Origin: Acaryochloris thomasi RCC1774
GTDB taxonomy: Bacteria > Cyanobacteriota > Cyanobacteriia > Thermosynechococcales > Thermosynechococcaceae
Assembly: GCF_003231495.1 (NCBI RefSeq)
Contig: NZ_PQWO01000004.1
Span: forward strand, 300,001 to 332,000
Reading direction: 5' to 3'
Length of the DNA stretch: 32,000 nucleotides
Shown here: positions 28,265-32,000 of the stretch, in pieces
Layout: every line of letters starts with the position of its first letter
Position numbering within the stretch: position 1 is the stretch's first letter
Program-made: the position numbers and the translations under genes
Notes under the pieces: generated by a model
The model's database searches: none
Seen by the model: only the letters and a program-made list of their open reading frames with translations
Told to the model about the DNA's origin: nothing

Positions 28265-29626
28265 TTAGCTCTCAGCCTTAGGCCGCCAACCCGGTTTCAC
28301 AACTTGCCGAGCGCGGGCAATCACAAGGGCGTCCCCATCAACATCCTCTGTCACCGTGGAGCCTGCGGCAATGTTCACGTCAGGCCCAAGCGTGAGGGGA
28401 GCCACCAGCACGGTATTTGAACCAGTCTTGGTGCGATCGCCAATGTAAGTTTTGTGCTTCTCTTTACCATCATAGTTGGCTGTAATTGTCCCTGCCCCGA
28501 TATTGACCTGTTCACCGAGGGTCGCATTCCCCAGATAGGACAAATGAGCAATGTTCGTCTGTTGGCCAATGTGACTTTGCTTTAGTTCAACAAAGTTGCC
28601 CACCCGGCAGCGGTCGCCCACTTGGGCCTGATTGCGGAGATGAGCGTAGGGGCCAATGCGGGTTTGCTCCCCCACCTGACTCTCAGAGACCACCGAGTAG
28701 AGAACGGTGGCGTTGGCCCCGATGTGACTATCTTCAATTAAGCTGCCGGGACCGAGGCGACAGCCTGCTTCAATCACGGTTTGGCCCCGTAGATGGGTTT
28801 GGGGTTCGATCACCACGTCTGCTTTGAGCGTCACCGTTTCATCAATGGTGATGCTGTCGGGGTTGATTAAATTGACGCCTGCGGCCATCCAGTGATCTTT
28901 GACGCGATTTTGTAAGATTTTAGCGGCGGTGGCGAGCTGTTTGCGATCGTTGATGCCTAAAATTTCTTGCTCGTCTTCGGCATCTACCACCATCACTGGA
29001 TCGAGATAGTTAACGGCATCGGTGATGTAATATTCTTTCTGATCATTGTTGGCGGTGAGCTTGGGCAGTACCTCTGCTAAGGCAGACCAGCGGAAGCAGT
29101 AAATTCCGGCATTGATCCGCTGATTTTGGCGTTGCTCAGGGGTGCAGTCGCGATGTTCGATGATTTCCTGGAGGCGGTAGTTCTGGTCGCAAAAGACTCG
29201 ACCGTAGCCGGTGGGATTGTCGAGCTGAGCCGTGAGGATTGTCGCGGCATTGCCGTGCTTCTGATGAGTTTGAAGCAGATTCTGCAGCGTTTGGGGACGC
29301 AGCAGCGGCACGTCACCATTGAGGACGAGTAGATCACCGTCGAACCCCTCAAGATGGGGGAGGACCTGCTGCACCGCGTGCCCCGTGCCAAGCTGCTGCG
29401 TTTGTTCGACGAACTCTAAATTCGGCAGCGTTTGCAGATCGGAGCGGACCTGATCCGCTTCGTAGCCCACAATCACTAACGAGCGAGACGGATTGAGATC
29501 TGTCGCACTCATTAACACGCGTTCGACGAGGGAGCGTCCGCCTAGCTGATGTAGAACTTTCGGTAGGCTAGATTTCATGCGAGTGCCTTTACCCGCCGCC
29601 AAAATTGCTACCGCGATCGCACCCAT
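28265..29626 (-). CDS. glmU: Bifunctional UDP-N-acetylglucosamine diphosphorylase / glucosamine-1-phosphate N-acetyltransferase GlmU
   Basis: The N-terminal motif is [13 protein letters not shown] and the C-terminus has left-handed beta-helix hexapeptide repeats. I chose the ATG at 29626 ([17 protein letters not shown]) as start. The ORF stays open up to 29653. Confidence 0.92.
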   Translation of the reverse strand: MGAIAVAILAAGKGTRMKSSLPKVLHQLGGRSLVERVLMSATDLNPSRSLVIVGYEADQVRSDLQTLPNLEFVEQTQQLGTGHAVQQVLPHLEGFDGDLLVLNGDVPLLRPQTLQNLLQTHQKHGNAATILTAQLDNPTGYGRVFCDQNYRLQEIIEHRDCTPEQRQNQRINAGIYCFRWSALAEVLPKLTANNDQKEYYITDAVNYLDPVMVVDAEDEQEILGINDRKQLATAAKILQNRVKDHWMAAGVNLINPDSITIDETVTLKADVVIEPQTHLRGQTVIEAGCRLGPGSLIEDSHIGANATVLYSVVSESQVGEQTRIGPYAHLRNQAQVGDRCRVGNFVELKQSHIGQQTNIAHLSYLGNATLGEQVNIGAGTITANYDGKEKHKTYIGDRTKTGSNTVLVAPLTLGPDVNIAAGSTVTEDVDGDALVIARARQVVKPGWRPKAES

Positions 29627-29815
29627 TTTTCCGCCCATAAACACCCCAAGCATTGTAGATCAGTTACGCTATGATCGCTGAGATCAAAGGGAGAGGCAGG
29701 GCTTTGCGTCAAATGCCTATTTCCGACGCCGTGGGCTTTTGGTAGGATTGGCTCCTGAGCTAAAATCAGGCTGCATTCGGCCTGCGACTCAGATTCACTG
29801 CACTTTTTTCAACCT

Positions 29816-30370
29816 ATGTTTCGTAAGATTTCTCTAGCTACACTCGGGCTGATTGTGGGGGGCATCCTCGCGGTTCTGGGGCTAGGCGGCTTTATCGTTC
29901 GCAATCCCACCCTCAACCTAGCCGGTTTTTTCTACGGCTTCCCGCTATTTCTAGGGGGACTCGCGCTCAAGATTACTGAACTAAAGCCCGTTCCCTTCAC
30001 GCAGCCAACCTCTGAGACGGTGCTAGCGCTGCGAGAACAGCAGGCCACTGACATTCAGAACCAGGTGCGCCAGGATGTGACGCGCTATCGCTACGGTATT
30101 GATGGTCATTTGGATGAGCAATTGGGTCGCATTGGTCTCAGGCCGTCTAATGAAGAGTGTCCGTCACTGGTGGGGCTGCAGGAGAAAACCACGGACGATG
30201 CCTATACGCTTGTGCTTGAGTTTGCGTCGGAAGATGTGGCGCTGGAGGCTTGGCAAGCGAAACAGGAAAAAATCACCACATTTTTTGGGCCAGGAATTGA
30301 GGCGGTGCTGCAGCAGCCCCAAGAGAACCGGATTGATTTAGCGTTGATTTCGAAGCCCGCGTCGCCGTAG
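29816..30370 (+). CDS. Conserved membrane protein (two N-terminal helices plus a soluble C-terminal domain), family uncertain (possibly DUF2854)
   Basis: 184-aa ORF with hydrophobic segments LATLGLIVGGILAVLGLGGFIV and LAGFFYGFPLFLGGLALKI. There is no competing ORF. The family name is a weak recollection only. Confidence 0.58.
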   Translation: MFRKISLATLGLIVGGILAVLGLGGFIVRNPTLNLAGFFYGFPLFLGGLALKITELKPVPFTQPTSETVLALREQQATDIQNQVRQDVTRYRYGIDGHLDEQLGRIGLRPSNEECPSLVGLQEKTTDDAYTLVLEFASEDVALEAWQAKQEKITTFFGPGIEAVLQQPQENRIDLALISKPASP

Positions 30371-30512
30371 CGGCTCTGCCGAGGATAAATATGACTAACA
30401 TGGCGATAGGGGCATCGCAAAAAAACGACAGATGTTTGCGCAAGATTGGGTTGTTTGCGATCGCATCTCGAGCGCCGATACATGACCGAAGGGATACGGG
30501 GATTTAAAATCT

Positions 30513-31541
30513 ATGGCCACTATCCTACTCTGGCTGCAGCTTGCGGTTGCCATCATTTTGGTCATCTTTCTGGGAGCTGGCCTTGCTAAAAGCGCCGATG
30601 TGATTGCGGAGAAGTCGGGGCTAGGTCGCACCTGGGTCGGTGCAATTTTGCTGGCAGGCGTGACTTCGCTGCCTGAGCTGGCGACGGGTATCAGTGCCGT
30701 TACCATTTTAGATGCGCCAGATTTAGCGGCGGGGGCAATTCTAGGGAGCTGCCTCTTCAATTTGGTCATCCTCGCTATTTTAGATTTTGTCTGCGGTCCT
30801 GATCCGCTGTTTCAGCGGGCACAGATGAGCCACGGTCTGGCAGCGGGCTTGGGCTGTGTTCTGTTGGGCATTGCGGCGGTGGGTATGGTGACGGGGGGGA
30901 TGGCTGAGCCGCTCAGGGTGGGGTGGGTCAGCGTTTTTAGCCTGGTGCTGTTGGTGGTTTATTTCTTGAGTGGCCGCATGATTGCTCAGTGCGAAGTTGA
31001 GCGTCGCACTGAGGTTCTAGAGCAGGAAGCTGAAATTTTTCAATATCAGCATATTCGCCTTCGCCAGGCCTACGTTCGCTTCGTGGTGATGTCAATCGGG
31101 ATTGTACTAACGGGGATTTGGCTAGCGGGGATTTGCGATCGCATCGCTGAGGTCACGGGCCTCGGAGAGAGCTTTGTTGGGGCGTTACTGTTGGCGGCAA
31201 CGACTTCTTTGCCGGAGGTGGTCACCTCTATTTCTGCCATCCGCCTGAATGCAGTTGATTTGGCGGTTTCCAACGTTTTCGGGTCCAACGTTTTTAACCT
31301 CGGTATTTTAGGTCTGTTCGATCTGGCCTACTGGAAAGGAGATTTATTGGCTACCATCAGTCCGATTCACCTCAATACGGCGTTGGTGGCTATGATTATG
31401 ACTTCGGTTGCGATCGTAGGCCTCGTCTATCGCGCTGCTGTCAAAGAATCGCAGCGGTACGTTACCTGGGACGGGGTGACGCTGATTGTTCTATATCTCT
31501 TTGGAATGTATATGGTATACAACAACTCCCCCGGAACATGA
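30513..31541 (+). CDS. Ca2+/cation antiporter (CaCA, YrbG/Na+-Ca2+ exchanger family) membrane protein
   Basis: 342-aa polytopic ORF. It carries the two alpha-repeat signatures GVTSLPELATGISA and ATTSLPEVVTSISA, each followed by a G(S/N)..FN block. Confidence 0.85.
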   Translation: MATILLWLQLAVAIILVIFLGAGLAKSADVIAEKSGLGRTWVGAILLAGVTSLPELATGISAVTILDAPDLAAGAILGSCLFNLVILAILDFVCGPDPLFQRAQMSHGLAAGLGCVLLGIAAVGMVTGGMAEPLRVGWVSVFSLVLLVVYFLSGRMIAQCEVERRTEVLEQEAEIFQYQHIRLRQAYVRFVVMSIGIVLTGIWLAGICDRIAEVTGLGESFVGALLLAATTSLPEVVTSISAIRLNAVDLAVSNVFGSNVFNLGILGLFDLAYWKGDLLATISPIHLNTALVAMIMTSVAIVGLVYRAAVKESQRYVTWDGVTLIVLYLFGMYMVYNNSPGT

Positions 31542-31557
31542 TGAATTTTCCCAAGGG

Positions 31558-32000
31558 TTAAGGAAGAATCCACGAACTCGTCACGTTTTCGTTTTCCCAT
31601 TCAAAGAAGGCCCTATAGTTGCCTTCCTCCCGTAGATGAAGGACGTCGACGGCATGGATAATTGTCCGAATGGCGGCAAAATACTGACGGCCGACGCTGA
31701 GGTCCTCTGGAGAGAAGGTATCTGCTTCAATGTGTTGGGGTAAGCCAGACTGGGGAGCTGTGACCTGCGTACCAGGAGCCTGAGACTTAGTGTAAAGCTT
31801 GAGGCTCTGGGGAGAGCTGCTCTGCCAAAGCTGATTTGCGATCGCATCTTCAAAGTGTAGTGTCGCAGTACCTCGCAACCGCAGCTGCTCTCGCTGCTCA
31901 GGATGCCAGAAATGCCAGGTCACCCGAGCGTCTTGATCAACCTCTTGTATTTTGGGCGCTCGGCGATCAGAGTGGAACAACAGTGCGCGCGCTGAGACAT
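31558..32000 (-). CDS. Pyridoxamine 5'-phosphate oxidase-like FMN-binding family protein (5' end outside the window)
   Basis: The frame stays open to the window edge. The block VTWHFWHPEQREQLRLRGTATLH resembles the PNPOx pattern F.W....RQ.R..G. The C-terminal ...YRAFFEWENENVTSSWILP resembles the PdxH C-terminus (...W.I.RLAP). Confidence 0.62.
   Translation of the reverse strand, partial: VSARALLFHSDRRAPKIQEVDQDARVTWHFWHPEQREQLRLRGTATLHFEDAIANQLWQSSSPQSLKLYTKSQAPGTQVTAPQSGLPQHIEADTFSPEDLSVGRQYFAAIRTIIHAVDVLHLREEGNYRAFFEWENENVTSSWILP

Noticed and set aside
30395-30769. 124-aa minus-strand ORF
   Set aside because: It is antisense to the well-supported CaCA transporter N-terminus and has no motifs.
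1-32000. CRISPR arrays, tRNA/rRNA genes, prophage or canonical defence operons (RM, TA, CBASS-like)
   Set aside because: I saw no regularly spaced direct repeats, no tRNA-like T-arm (GGTTCGAATCC-type) sequence and no nuclease, methylase or cyclase gene signatures in any intergenic region or ORF.

Overview
The window looks like a cyanobacterial chromosome segment. I count 15 copies of the HIP1 octamer GCGATCGC, where about 0.5 would be expected by chance. I call about 24 protein genes and found no rRNA, tRNA or CRISPR array. Housekeeping genes: TVP38-like membrane protein, ABC1/UbiB kinase, group-2 sigma factor, DUF760-like protein, mutY, recR, glmU, a CaCA cation exchanger and a PNPOx-like protein cut by the window end. 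Signalling genes: a CheY-like regulator, a 2780-aa Ser/Thr-kinase/P-loop/GAF/PAS/hybrid histidine kinase, and a REC-GGDEF-EAL protein directly downstream of it. The most unusual region is about 9.4-15.1 kb. It holds a signal-peptide TPR-CHAT protease whose 3' end overlaps by 68 bp a convergent membrane-anchored 7-repeat WD40 gene. Next comes an AT-rich, HIP1-free stretch of about 2 kb with an orphan MsrQ/YedZ-like heme membrane protein and decayed remnants of two IS families. Other points: a MutY whose C-terminal domain keeps a complete MutT-type Nudix box, and five of six convergent gene junctions with 16 bp or less of spacer, three of them overlapping. All family assignments come from motif recognition by eye and none was checked against a database.
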